Below, piece by piece: positions 28,908-38,863 of a DNA stretch of 64,000 nt. Numbering within the stretch: the stretch's first letter is position 1; every line of letters starts with the position of its first letter. The stretch lies in the NCBI GenBank assembly GCA_965216875.1, contig OZ244207.1:4608001-4672000 (forward strand), written 5' to 3'. The notes below the pieces were generated by a model that saw only the letters and a program-made list of their open reading frames with translations, made no database searches and was not told the origin of the DNA. The stretch comes from Rubripirellula sp. GTDB lineage: Bacteria; Planctomycetota; Planctomycetia; Pirellulales; Pirellulaceae. The position numbers were made by a program, and so were the translations under genes.

Positions 28908-29762
28908 ATGGCCGCTCTCCCCAATCCCCGACAGCCCAAATCGATGGATCAATCGCCCAAGCCGGACCGCGCCTCCGAGAAATCGAAGTCGACACCTCCG
29001 CTGCAAGTTCTCTCACCCGATTCGGACGAGCCGCGCGGGGCACTGGCAGCCGATCCTCCGCTGCACCCAACCGACGAATTGCTCGCTGAACTCCAGCGGG
29101 ACAGTGACCAATTGGAAAAGGCGACGCCGCAAGAGATCTTGAAGTACGCGATCGATCGCTTTGCGCCAAAGTTCACGATGGCCACCGCCTTCGGTCCGGA
29201 AGGGATGACGATCATCCACATGTTGTCCGAGATCGCCCCAGAGACTCCGATTTTCAATTTGGAGACGGGTTATCAGTTCGAAGAGACCCTTGCGCTGCGT
29301 GAGAAAGTCAAAGAGCGTTACGGGATCGAGGTCGAATACAAGTATCCCGAGTTGACGGTCGAACAATACGAAGCGGCCAACGGTGGCCCAGTCTACAAGT
29401 CGAACCCAAACCAATGCTGCTTTGATCGCAAACTCAAAGTGTTGCATGAGTCAGCGAAGGGACAACATGCTTGGGCCAGCGCGATTCGCCGCGACCAGAG
29501 CCCCGATCGGGCGAAAGCGCCAATCGTTGGTTGGGACCGAAAGTTTCAACTCGTCAAAATCAGTCCGCTTGCAAACTGGACCAAGAAAGAAGTCTGGGGA
29601 CTGATCAGCGAAAAGAAGATCCCTTACAACCCGCTGCACGACCAAGGTTACATGAGCGTCGGATGCTGGCCCTGCACGCGCGCCACTCAGCCAGGTGAAG
29701 ATGAACGAGCAGGCCGCTGGAGTGGGTTTCAGAAGACCGAATGCGGCTTGCACTCTTCGTGA
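28908..29762 (+). CDS. cysH: APS/PAPS reductase (Fe-S, APS-type motifs)
   Basis: TAFG, ETGYQFEET, NQCCFDRK, SVGCWPCT, RAGRW, KTECGLH. Confidence 0.93.
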   Translation: MAALPNPRQPKSMDQSPKPDRASEKSKSTPPLQVLSPDSDEPRGALAADPPLHPTDELLAELQRDSDQLEKATPQEILKYAIDRFAPKFTMATAFGPEGMTIIHMLSEIAPETPIFNLETGYQFEETLALREKVKERYGIEVEYKYPELTVEQYEAANGGPVYKSNPNQCCFDRKLKVLHESAKGQHAWASAIRRDQSPDRAKAPIVGWDRKFQLVKISPLANWTKKEVWGLISEKKIPYNPLHDQGYMSVGCWPCTRATQPGEDERAGRWSGFQKTECGLHSS

Positions 29763-29780
29763 TCGAGCGGGGAGCGAACG

Positions 29781-30206
29781 ATGATGATCTCAGCACGTGT
29801 TCATTACGCATCGCTGGCTATGCTTGATCTTGCCATGCGCGATGACCAAGCGACTCCCGTTGCGGCGAGCGAAATCACCCAGCGGCATGGCATTCCTGGT
29901 CCTTTCCTCGTCCAGATCTTGCGGACACTGCGGACCGCAGGCTGGGTGCAGAGTATTCGTGGAAGTCAGGGCGGCTACCGACTCGCGGTCAGCCCCGAAC
30001 AGATCACGCTACTGGACATTGCCGAAGTCGTCGGCGGTGCCGAGGCGGGCTGTCAGACCGAAACAACCGAAACGCCCGCCGACAAAATGTTGCAAGGAGT
30101 TTGGGACACCGCGCTTGAATCCTCCCGCCGCGTCCTCGCTGACGCCAAGCTAAGCGACTTGGTCGAACGGTGTCGCCACGGCGACGAAACGATGTTCTAC
30201 ATCTAG
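29781..30206 (+). CDS. Rrf2-family transcriptional regulator (CymR-like)
   Basis: FLVQIL, SIRGSQGGYRLA, ITLLDI, C-terminal MFYI; lacks the Fe-S Cys triad. Confidence 0.88.
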   Translation: MMISARVHYASLAMLDLAMRDDQATPVAASEITQRHGIPGPFLVQILRTLRTAGWVQSIRGSQGGYRLAVSPEQITLLDIAEVVGGAEAGCQTETTETPADKMLQGVWDTALESSRRVLADAKLSDLVERCRHGDETMFYI

Positions 30207-30236
30207 GTTGTCAGCACTTCGAAAGCGGCAGCTTAG

Positions 30237-30560
30237 GCCCGTGAGCCGCTGGCCGTGAGGCCTCAGGCCCTGCGCTGGCCACCGGTTCTTTAATTGCCAC
30301 CGAGCACGACGACGAGCACGAGCACCGCTTTGCTGAGCACGAGCACGAGCACGAGCACGAATCGTTTGTTGACGCTCCGTGCCCTCCGTGCCGTCAGTGC
30401 CCTCAGTGGCTTCATTGAAATCCCAGAAGGCCCGGCCGACTACACGAGTCGTTTGCTTACGCTCCGTGAACTCTGTGCTCTCTGTGGCTTTACTAGATGA
30501 AACCCAAAAAGGCCTCCGCGGTCGCGGCTCAGGTGGCTGTCATGCAGAGGCATGACCTAC
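30237..30560. repeat. Mosaic repeat cluster (half A, GAGCAC tract, ~86-bp duplicated unit, D)
   Basis: GAGCAC tandem at 30302-30360. Two similar CACGA-TCGTTTG...GTGGCTT...GAAA...AAGGCC units. Confidence 0.75.
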
Positions 30561-30561
30561 A

Positions 30562-32268
30562 TCACTCTTCGCTCGCTACCACTTCGGTCTCGAATTCGTC
30601 GGCTTCCTCGGTTTCTTCATCTTGTTCGCGATGGTAGGTCCGAAGCGGACGTGGAAGGGGATCAAACGCGAGTTGACAATCGAGAATCTGTTTCTCTTTG
30701 CTCATTCGGAGAACGTTCACGACGTCGCCGTACTTCGCGCCCACGTTGGAAATTGCGGCGACGACCGAGACCACAGTTGGGCCTGCCATCGCTCGCTTGT
30801 CTTCTTGATCTGGTGCGAAACGGCTGACGCGAATTTGGCCCGGTTCGGTCGAATCGGCAACCAACATCACACCGTTCGTATTGATCACTTCGCTCAAGTC
30901 GAAAGCGGGCACATCGCCAAAGAGCACAACCTCGGCGTTTTCACGTAGCGAGATGACCACGGCTGGTGGCGCGGTGGAATCGATTTGGAACAAATCGAGC
31001 TCGCCCAAGCGACGCCCAATCAAATGGCTTCGCGCATCGTCGCGGCTGCGTAACGCAACGAATGCTCCGTAGCGTGTCTCCAAACTTGCCTCGTCCATCA
31101 ATCGCTTCAGCGCCGAAACCGCTTCGAAGCGAGGCATTTGTTGGAGTGCCAACAGGGCATCATGGCGAAACGCGGCTTCACTTCGCGCAGCTTCTTCAAG
31201 TGGCTCGACCGCTTCGGGCCGATCCAAATAAGCAAGTGCCTCGGCTGCATAGAACCTCAGTTCGGGGTTCGACGACTCGATGCCACTCAGCAGCGTCGGA
31301 ATTGCGTTCTCGCCGATGGCTTCGAGTTGCAACGCGGCATCCGCTGCCGTTGCAGGGCTGCTCAATCGCTCGGACAAATCTTCGAGCCGCGCTTGTGATT
31401 CAGCAGCGTTGCCATTGACCTTGATGGATCGGATTACCGCCATCAGTCGATAGATGTTCTCGCGGTAGCGTGGATGCAAATCGATTTCGATGAAATCATC
31501 CTCGAGCGCCCTGGCAATCCCGCGCCGTGAGGTTCCATCAAAAAAGAAGAATCGTCGATTGACCGCTGCGGCCAGTTCGGCTGAGAGTTTTGCGTGTTCG
31601 TATTCGGGTCGCAACACAAGTCCAAGCTTGCGAGACATTTGAACGGTGCCTCCGCCAAGGATCGTACCTTCGACGCGAAGCGCTTCATCGTTTCCTGGTT
31701 CAAAGTCAGCTCGGGTCAAAACCGTTCCCTGACCCACCACCATCACATCACTTTTTCGAACCTGGCCCTTGATGCGTTGTTGGTGGCGCAATCGTGACTT
31801 GAGCATCTTGCCGCCATGCAAGTCAGCGACCTTGCTGCCTGCTGGCGAGAGAACTCGGATGTCAACCAAGTCGCGACGCTGTGCACCGGGCGGAATGATC
31901 GCTCGGATTCGAACCAGCGCCGTGTCGGGTTGTTCCAACACCAAGTTCGGGCTGGGGATATCATCGCGCTTAAGCTCGTCCACTAACTGATCGCGAAAGA
32001 ACGACGGATCGGCGGCGCCACCGCTGTCACCTAATTCGTAGACCAACGCGACACCATCGACCTGAATCGGACGCAGCCCGTGTGGAATCGCCGCTTCACG
32101 CAACAACTCGGGAGGCTCGGGGACGGTAAGCAGTTCCTTCAGGCGCGCCTCTTCATCAGTGTCGTCACCACGCCCTGGCAAAAGACTGGTGCATCCGGCC
32201 GAGACGCTCATCAAGGCCATGAAGAGACCGACAAAAGTGATCCAAAGGAAAGGGGGTCGCTTGGGCAT
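30562..32268 (-). CDS. FlgI (flagellar P-ring)-like lipoprotein with HEAT-like segment
   Basis: Lipobox SAGC, GVALVYELGDSGG, ALVRIRAIIPPGA, VDIRV, LHGG, NPELRFYAAEALAYL. Confidence 0.7.
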   Translation of the reverse strand: MPKRPPFLWITFVGLFMALMSVSAGCTSLLPGRGDDTDEEARLKELLTVPEPPELLREAAIPHGLRPIQVDGVALVYELGDSGGAADPSFFRDQLVDELKRDDIPSPNLVLEQPDTALVRIRAIIPPGAQRRDLVDIRVLSPAGSKVADLHGGKMLKSRLRHQQRIKGQVRKSDVMVVGQGTVLTRADFEPGNDEALRVEGTILGGGTVQMSRKLGLVLRPEYEHAKLSAELAAAVNRRFFFFDGTSRRGIARALEDDFIEIDLHPRYRENIYRLMAVIRSIKVNGNAAESQARLEDLSERLSSPATAADAALQLEAIGENAIPTLLSGIESSNPELRFYAAEALAYLDRPEAVEPLEEAARSEAAFRHDALLALQQMPRFEAVSALKRLMDEASLETRYGAFVALRSRDDARSHLIGRRLGELDLFQIDSTAPPAVVISLRENAEVVLFGDVPAFDLSEVINTNGVMLVADSTEPGQIRVSRFAPDQEDKRAMAGPTVVSVVAAISNVGAKYGDVVNVLRMSKEKQILDCQLAFDPLPRPLRTYHREQDEETEEADEFETEVVASEE

Positions 32269-32345
32269 CCGTGCCGCGCCTATTTGGGGAAAGAATCATG
32301 AGAACGCAAGCATTTCTTAGCGAAAACAGCCTTTCCCAAGCAAGA

Positions 32346-32696
32346 TCACTGCAGCTTCTTGTTCTCCTTGTGACGGGTCGCGTCGCGGCGTGTCTTTTTA
32401 TCGAGGTTGCGTCGCAGAGCGTCGGTCAGGTCGATACCTGACTGATTGGCAAGGCAAATCGTGACAAACAGGACATCAGCCAGCTCATCGCCCAAATCCC
32501 CCAGCTGCTGGCCCGGCTTGCAGGACTGCTCGCCTTTGGTTCGCGACAAGATCCTGGCAACCTCGCCCACTTCTTCAACAAGCTGCGCAAGGTTGGTCAT
32601 TTCGTCAAAGTAGCGAACACCGATCGTCTTGATCCACTGGTCGACACATTGCTGCGCTTGCTGCAACGTGATCGCATCCTGCTCTTGCTCGGCCAT
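32346..32696 (-). CDS. MazG-like nucleotide pyrophosphohydrolase (YpjD-like)
   Basis: LVEEVGEVAR, DELADVLFVTICLANQ. Confidence 0.9.
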   Translation of the reverse strand: MAEQEQDAITLQQAQQCVDQWIKTIGVRYFDEMTNLAQLVEEVGEVARILSRTKGEQSCKPGQQLGDLGDELADVLFVTICLANQSGIDLTDALRRNLDKKTRRDATRHKENKKLQ

Positions 32697-32714
32697 CATT
32701 GATATCAAACCACC

Positions 32715-33953
32715 TTATTTCGCAAGCAGCAGGTAAGTGCCGCTTTTGCCAGCAACGGCGAGGTCAACTTTTCCGTCACCGTCGATGTCTTGGGTAACGA
32801 TTTGCAAGCCGCAACCGACATGGCCTTCATCAACGGTTTGGCGCGCGAAGGTTTTGGTTTTCGGATCCCAGTCGTAGTAATAAAGGCAAGGCATTTCGTT
32901 GCCACCGGGATCACGCCCATTGTGCCCGTAGTACCTTTTCCCGGTGATGAGTTCTGGTTGATCGTCGCCATCGATGTCGGACCATGCCAGTGTGTGCGGC
33001 TGACTGAAACTCTTGTCGATCTCATGTTCGGTCCATGCGATCTTGCCATTCTCGTCGGCACCGTCGTTTTGCCACCAGAACAGACCGTAATCGTGACCGT
33101 TGCCGATGATCAAGTCGCCATCGCCATCGGAATCCAAGTCGGCAATGACCATGGGGACCGATGCGTGTAGGACCCAATCTTTGTGAAATGTCCACGGCTT
33201 GGACCAGGGCTTGTCCTTCGGCTGTTCGTACCAGCCTTGGCCGACGACCACGTCCATCTTGCCGTCGCCGTTGAGGTCGCCGATTGCCAAACCATGCCCG
33301 TTGCCTTTTTCGCCGAGCACGTGAGGTTTCATCTCAAACTTGGCTGGAACGGACTTCGGTCCCTTGTTCTTGTTTGCGTTCTTTTCTTTGGTGATGACAA
33401 GCCGGTCGTTTGCTTTGGGAACAAGTCGCCAAATCAAAGTGGGAACGTCCTTTTTCCAGCTGTTGACGATCCACTCTGGCGTGCCGTCGCCATCGATGTC
33501 CTGGAACAGCTGGCCTTCATTGGCTGAGTTGCCCGTGTCGACCAAAACGTGTTGCTGCCAAAGTTTTCCGAGCCGCAAAGCCTCGGGGCCGGGATTCTCG
33601 TACCAGTGGACTTCGGTCGGCAGAAACGAGCCCGCGATGACATCGAGCCGCCCATCGGCGTTCACATCGAACAAAAAATCTCCATTACTTTGAACGTATC
33701 CATTCCAGTCCTCGATCGCCCTCAGTGGCCGTGGGGCCCAATCACCGCCTCGAAACCAGTTCCGGCCGGCGACCAGATCGGTCTTTCCGTCGCCGTCGAG
33801 ATCACCGGCGGCGATCCCTTCATTGGCGTCGAGGGTCAACAAACGGGGCTTGAACTGAGCGGGTGAGTCGGCCCAAACTGCCGAAAAACAGGGCAAAAGG
33901 GCGGAAAAGAGCGCGAAATGGGCAATCTGGTGAGATGGCATGATTTTCCTCAC
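32715..33953 (-). CDS. FG-GAP/VCBS repeat beta-propeller protein, secreted
   Basis: Repeated DxDGDGxxD motifs and a signal peptide. Start may be the ATG at 33941. Confidence 0.85.
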   Translation of the reverse strand: MRKIMPSHQIAHFALFSALLPCFSAVWADSPAQFKPRLLTLDANEGIAAGDLDGDGKTDLVAGRNWFRGGDWAPRPLRAIEDWNGYVQSNGDFLFDVNADGRLDVIAGSFLPTEVHWYENPGPEALRLGKLWQQHVLVDTGNSANEGQLFQDIDGDGTPEWIVNSWKKDVPTLIWRLVPKANDRLVITKEKNANKNKGPKSVPAKFEMKPHVLGEKGNGHGLAIGDLNGDGKMDVVVGQGWYEQPKDKPWSKPWTFHKDWVLHASVPMVIADLDSDGDGDLIIGNGHDYGLFWWQNDGADENGKIAWTEHEIDKSFSQPHTLAWSDIDGDDQPELITGKRYYGHNGRDPGGNEMPCLYYYDWDPKTKTFARQTVDEGHVGCGLQIVTQDIDGDGKVDLAVAGKSGTYLLLAK

Positions 33954-34222
33954 GGCGGGGGGCGGTGGTGACTATGCTAACCAGTCTTTTGCCGGCGGTG
34001 TGATTGTCGTCGGTACGATAGCAACGTCACGGGGAGGCTCTTTGTGCCCAATTCGCCTGATCGCTACAAGCCTCCAAACAGCCCATTTGCTCCCTCGGTA
34101 AACCGCAGCCAGATGCGTGTTTGAGGGGGAGAGACCTGTTGACCCGAGGCCGGGAAAACCACGATTATACGCCCCTTCCATTCCCGTAATCGTTGCCGGC
34201 CTGACTGCCTCACTTCGATCTG

Positions 34223-34771
34223 TTGATTCGTACCACCAATCCCGAGCGATCCTTGAATCCTGTAACCGGAACCGAGCCGTTGTATCTGGAAGACATCGAA
34301 GTCGGCGATCGATGGCTGAGTGAGTGGAGGCAAATCACTGCTGATGATGTGGCCGACTTCGCGGCGCTGACGGGTGACCACGACCCGCTTCACAGTGCCG
34401 ATGCGGAAGAGTCCCCTTTTGGGGAACCGGTGGCACACGGACTGTTGGGATTAAGTGTGCTCGCCGGCCTTAGCAGTGAACAACCCAACGCAGCGACACT
34501 TGCCTTGGTCGGAATCTCCGATTGGCAATTCGAAGCGCCCATCTTCTTTGGCGACCAAGTTCAAGTGTTGACCGAAGTTGAAGAGATTCAACAGCATGGT
34601 CGACGCGCAGGTCGAGTCACCTGGGTCCGCCAACTTCTCAATCAACATGGACGCGTCGTCCAACGAGGACGCTTCGTCTCACTGGTGGCCACGCGAGCTC
34701 GCACACGCCGCCTCGAAACCGCCCAGCAGACCGCAGGCGCCAGCGCCGCCTTGCAAACGCAAAACAGCTAA
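34223..34771 (+). CDS. MaoC-family dehydratase
   Basis: FAALTGDHDPLH, FGEPVAHG, FEAPIFFGD; start uncertain. Confidence 0.88.
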   Translation: MIRTTNPERSLNPVTGTEPLYLEDIEVGDRWLSEWRQITADDVADFAALTGDHDPLHSADAEESPFGEPVAHGLLGLSVLAGLSSEQPNAATLALVGISDWQFEAPIFFGDQVQVLTEVEEIQQHGRRAGRVTWVRQLLNQHGRVVQRGRFVSLVATRARTRRLETAQQTAGASAALQTQNS

Positions 34772-34798
34772 GCGCGAGCAGTCGTGCGTATCAACAAT

Positions 34799-34905
34799 CA
34801 CCCTCCCGCTTGCGGGAGGGTCGGACGCAAAGTCCGGGGAGGGATTGCTTCTTACAAAGAGAACCCTCTCCGGGCCTTAGAGCCCGACTCTCCCAAGGGA
34901 GAGTG
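34799..34905 (-). repeat. Repeat family B
   Basis: Reverse complement of 10030-10131 with a different central loop. Confidence 0.92.
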
Positions 34906-34938
34906 CTAATACAATCTTCGGTACGAGCGCGCTCAATT

Positions 34939-35988
34939 CTACTCAACGCGTGCTGCGATCAATTCCTCGAGTGGCCCAACATCACTCAGCCACTCCAGTT
35001 CGATCACGATCGCTTGCAACGGTTTTCCGCCAAGGCGATCCGTTCTCAGCTTCACCAGATCCTTGTGCGTACAAACGACCACGTCGATTTGGTCGGCAAT
35101 GGATCGCACCCAATCACGCAGCTCGGCAACGGTCTCGGGAGCGTAGGGATCGTGATCGGGAAGATGGCGTGATTGAACAACCTCTGCGCCACATCCAGTG
35201 ATGGTCTCGGCGAACGCATCGGGATTCCCAATCGCACAGACCATTGCGACGCGTTTGCCTGCAAGTGATTCCATGGTCGACTCGTGATCGGGATACGTCC
35301 GCAAGTATGCTGGGCGATGATCACTGAGCAGAATCGGCACGGCGTCATTGATCGATGCGATCTGTTCTTTGATTCCTTTGATCGTTGTCTCATCAACCAA
35401 AGAGCAACGTGACAGTATCACGAGATCGGCCCGCCGGAACCCGTCGAGTGGCTCGCGCAGCAGTCCGCGTGGCAAGAGGTGCCCGAACCCAAAAGGACAT
35501 TTCGCGTCGACCACGACCAAGTTCAAATCGCGGTGGAGTCGCCGATGCTGGAACCCATCATCCATGATCACGACCTCCGATTCCAATTCATCGACCGCGA
35601 CCTCCGCCGCCGCGACGCGATCGGGATCTTGAATGTGAGGCACGTCGGGCAGGCGATCGTGTAGTTCGAGCGCTTCGTCATTGAAGTCTTGATCACCGCT
35701 GCCGTAACCGCGACTCACGATGGCAACCCGCTTGCCTTGACGACGCAGCATGGTTGCCAGCGCACAAACGACGGGCGTTTTGCCCGTGCCGCCGGTGGTC
35801 AAGTTCCCAACGCTGATCACCGGCGCGTCGACTTTGCAGACTTCGCGTTTACCACTTTCAAATTGTTGGTTACGCCGCGAGGCGCCGACGCGATAGGCCA
35901 AACTGGCAATCCACAAACCACCGCGCATCAGCGACGCGACCGGCCCGGTACGCTCGCCACTCATGATCGCGCGATGATAAAATGCCAT
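34939..35988 (-). CDS. lpxK: Tetraacyldisaccharide 4'-kinase
   Basis: VGNLTTGGTGKTP, SRGYG, DDGFQH, LLPRGLLREP, KDLVK. Confidence 0.95.
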   Translation of the reverse strand: MAFYHRAIMSGERTGPVASLMRGGLWIASLAYRVGASRRNQQFESGKREVCKVDAPVISVGNLTTGGTGKTPVVCALATMLRRQGKRVAIVSRGYGSGDQDFNDEALELHDRLPDVPHIQDPDRVAAAEVAVDELESEVVIMDDGFQHRRLHRDLNLVVVDAKCPFGFGHLLPRGLLREPLDGFRRADLVILSRCSLVDETTIKGIKEQIASINDAVPILLSDHRPAYLRTYPDHESTMESLAGKRVAMVCAIGNPDAFAETITGCGAEVVQSRHLPDHDPYAPETVAELRDWVRSIADQIDVVVCTHKDLVKLRTDRLGGKPLQAIVIELEWLSDVGPLEELIAARVE

Positions 35989-36013
35989 TGAAAACTCGTA
36001 AAGGTGTAGGTCC

Positions 36014-36157
36014 GTTTGTAGTAGCGTCTTTAGGCGGAAGAGCCTGAAGATTCCGGTGAGAGCTTGGTACTACGAACGACTCGCCGATCCAGCGCGTGTC
36101 ATGCACAGCATGACCTACAACTACAATCCAACACATGTCATGCACAGCATGACCTAC
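36014..36157. repeat. REP cluster (C pair plus two D copies)
   Basis: Direct match to the other C and D copies. Confidence 0.85.
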
Positions 36158-36174
36158 AACGTACGTGACTTGCA

Positions 36175-38646
36175 CTAGTTGCGTCGTCCCAACCCAATCA
36201 AGTCTTCGCTCTCGCTGCCCGGTTGAGCCAACATTTCGTCGGTGCTTTGCGGGTCGATCTTACGACAGGTTTCCGTCAATCGCTCAGCAAGTTCGTCGAG
36301 CGGATCTTCCCACGTTTCGACCGTCGACTCCAGCGGTGGCACGTTGGCCATTTCATCCAGCAACAAAATCATCCGCAAACAGTGCCGAAACAGAATCCCC
36401 TCTTCCTTTTGTAACTTTCGCGTCGTGACGTACTTGTTGAAGTCACCGCCAAACTCAAGCAACTCACCGACAATCCAAACCGGCCGGACATTGACGTTCA
36501 CGCGAGGAAACTGATCGCGAAACAGACGCTGGATTTTCTCGCCGATGCTTAATGGATAGACGCGAGGTTCATCGAACATCACTCTCCCAAAACCTCGGTC
36601 GCGCACCTCTTCCTCGTCATCGTCCCCGCCGCCCGCACCGAGCTCTTCGGGTGTAGCCAAACCGAGCTGCAGCAATTGTGGATCGAGGCGAGTCTTGGCC
36701 AGCGTTCCTGGCGGCATGTCTTCGAGCGACGGCATACGGGCGAATCGGGCGACGGTGCCGGGAACTTCAAGCACACTTTCAAGTGCCGCAATTCGTTCAT
36801 TAGGATCGGCGATCGCAAGCTGATCGGCCAAGTAGACACCGTACAGCGGATTGACGCTCCGTAGGTGAATCAATCGCTCGATCCGCTCCGTCGGAGTCGC
36901 CGTCACCGGTCGGTAGTCCTCGGTTTCGAAGACCTGGTTTCCTTTGGCGTCTGGATCGGCTTCGGGTGCTTCTTCCTCGGCCGGCTTGTCTTGTTCCGCC
37001 GATTCGTCGATGCGCATTTGATCAAGCAACGCTCCGAAGAGTCCTTCGGTTGGCTTTGGCGCTGCGTCCTCTTTCTTTTCACCCTTTTTGGGCGGCCCCT
37101 TTTGAGTGGCGATCCGCGGTTTGGGATCGAGTTCGATGTAGCCTGCCGTCCAAAGAGTGATCAGCATTCGATTCAAGTCGCGTTGGGCTTCGTCCATCCC
37201 CTTGGGATTGAGAAGTCGCCGTCCGACCATGTCGCGGATCGGCTGCACGTTCGGGTCACGATCAAGCAGGTAGGCGAGGAGCCGCCAAGGCAATTGACCA
37301 CGACTGCTCAGATTCGCCGCCGATGCTTGCTGCAATTGTTCGAATTGCCCCTGAGTCCAATAGGTTTCGCCTGTTCGACGTTTGGGCATCTTCTTCTTGA
37401 GTTGCTTTTTCGCCTTCAGCAATCCCGGGTCTTTGGTGTCTTCGGGTATCGCATCGTACCTTTCACGCCAACGATGAAGCTTGACGTCGTCTTCGTGAGC
37501 GAGCGCGAAGACGTAGCCGCGATCATCAAATTGTGGCCGCCCCGCGCGTCCAAAGATCTGTTGGGCCGATGCAATTTCGATCAACTTCTTTTTGTCTTTG
37601 GGGCCTTTCAAAAGACTCGGCAGCACCACACTGCGAGCTGGCAGGTTGATTCCGGCAGCAAGCGTTTCGGTACAAACACAGACGCTCAGCAATTTGCGTT
37701 GAAACAGTTCCTCGACCATCCGGCGATAGCGTGGCAAAACACCTGCGTGATGCACGCCAACGCCGCGCATCAAGATCTGCTTCATCTTGGGCCCGGCACC
37801 TTCGGACATGTCGGCGGCATTGAGGTATTCGGCCAACTCGGCTTGCCGCGACTTGTCGATCAAGCTTTTGCCCTTGAGCATTTCGGCGGTCGTCCAACAT
37901 TGGCCACGACTAAAGCAGAACATCAACGAGGGCGTCCTTCGCTCGTCGGCATCACCGGCAGAGATTTTTTCGGCAAAGTCGTTGATCAATTCGTCGGGAA
38001 CCCATTCGTACTGCAGCGGCACCTTTCGCTCCGTGCCGGTGACCAATTGCAACCGACGATTGTGGGCGCGTGTCAACCACGACGTGAACTCCATCGCGTT
38101 GCCAACGGTCGCACTCAGCAGCAGCGTGCGCACATGAGCGGGTAACAACCCCAACGTCAATTCCCAGACGATGCCGCGCTCGCGATCGTTGAACGAATGA
38201 AACTCGTCCATCACCACCGAAGTGACGCGAGAAAAGTCGAACGCTTCCTCGTTAAGCAATCGGTTGAGCAGGATTTCGGCAACCACAACCAGGACCGGCG
38301 CGTCGGGATTGACGCGGCGATTGCCAGTGACCAAACCGACTTGATCCGCCGAAAATCCCCACCGCACAGCGCTTTCTCGAAGCTCGTCGAGCTTTTGGTC
38401 TGTCAACGCGATCAACGGCGTCGTGTAATACATCTGGGTGCCGGTCCGCAGCGCCTCGTAGACGGCCGCTTCGGCGATGAGCGTTTTCCCGGTCCCGGTT
38501 GGCGCGCATACCAGCACGCCCTGATCACCAGTGAAATACGCAAGCAGTGCCTCCTCTTGCACCGGGTAGGGCTCAAACGAAAGCAGGTCAAAGTATTCGG
38601 CTGCGAGCTCGTCGCGATCGGGTGTGGTCTCGGCGTTGTCAGTCAT
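36175..38646 (-). CDS. Ski2/HelY-like DExH-box helicase
   Basis: APTGTGKT, VMDEFH, LSAT, GVHHAG, TETLAAGINLPAR, GRAGRPQFD. Confidence 0.92.
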   Translation of the reverse strand: MTDNAETTPDRDELAAEYFDLLSFEPYPVQEEALLAYFTGDQGVLVCAPTGTGKTLIAEAAVYEALRTGTQMYYTTPLIALTDQKLDELRESAVRWGFSADQVGLVTGNRRVNPDAPVLVVVAEILLNRLLNEEAFDFSRVTSVVMDEFHSFNDRERGIVWELTLGLLPAHVRTLLLSATVGNAMEFTSWLTRAHNRRLQLVTGTERKVPLQYEWVPDELINDFAEKISAGDADERRTPSLMFCFSRGQCWTTAEMLKGKSLIDKSRQAELAEYLNAADMSEGAGPKMKQILMRGVGVHHAGVLPRYRRMVEELFQRKLLSVCVCTETLAAGINLPARSVVLPSLLKGPKDKKKLIEIASAQQIFGRAGRPQFDDRGYVFALAHEDDVKLHRWRERYDAIPEDTKDPGLLKAKKQLKKKMPKRRTGETYWTQGQFEQLQQASAANLSSRGQLPWRLLAYLLDRDPNVQPIRDMVGRRLLNPKGMDEAQRDLNRMLITLWTAGYIELDPKPRIATQKGPPKKGEKKEDAAPKPTEGLFGALLDQMRIDESAEQDKPAEEEAPEADPDAKGNQVFETEDYRPVTATPTERIERLIHLRSVNPLYGVYLADQLAIADPNERIAALESVLEVPGTVARFARMPSLEDMPPGTLAKTRLDPQLLQLGLATPEELGAGGGDDDEEEVRDRGFGRVMFDEPRVYPLSIGEKIQRLFRDQFPRVNVNVRPVWIVGELLEFGGDFNKYVTTRKLQKEEGILFRHCLRMILLLDEMANVPPLESTVETWEDPLDELAERLTETCRKIDPQSTDEMLAQPGSESEDLIGLGRRN

Positions 38647-38756
38647 TGCATCCTTTCAGGGAACGATTGCGGCAGTTTTAGCAGGTTGCCGCGCCGCTGC
38701 CCGTCCGGGATCTGGCTGAACAAGCGAATTCGGCCCAAAATGACCGTTGTATTCTC

Positions 38757-38810
38757 GTTTGTAGTACCGCCTTTAGGCGGAAGATTCCGGCTGAAGCCGG
38801 TACTACGAAC
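38757..38810. repeat. REP family C pair
   Basis: GTAGTACCGCCTTTAGGCGG...CCGGCTGAAGCCGGTACTAC. Confidence 0.88.
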
Positions 38811-38863
38811 CCAAAATCGACGTGCGTCTTGCCGCTCATCAATCATCCGACCGATCATCGACC

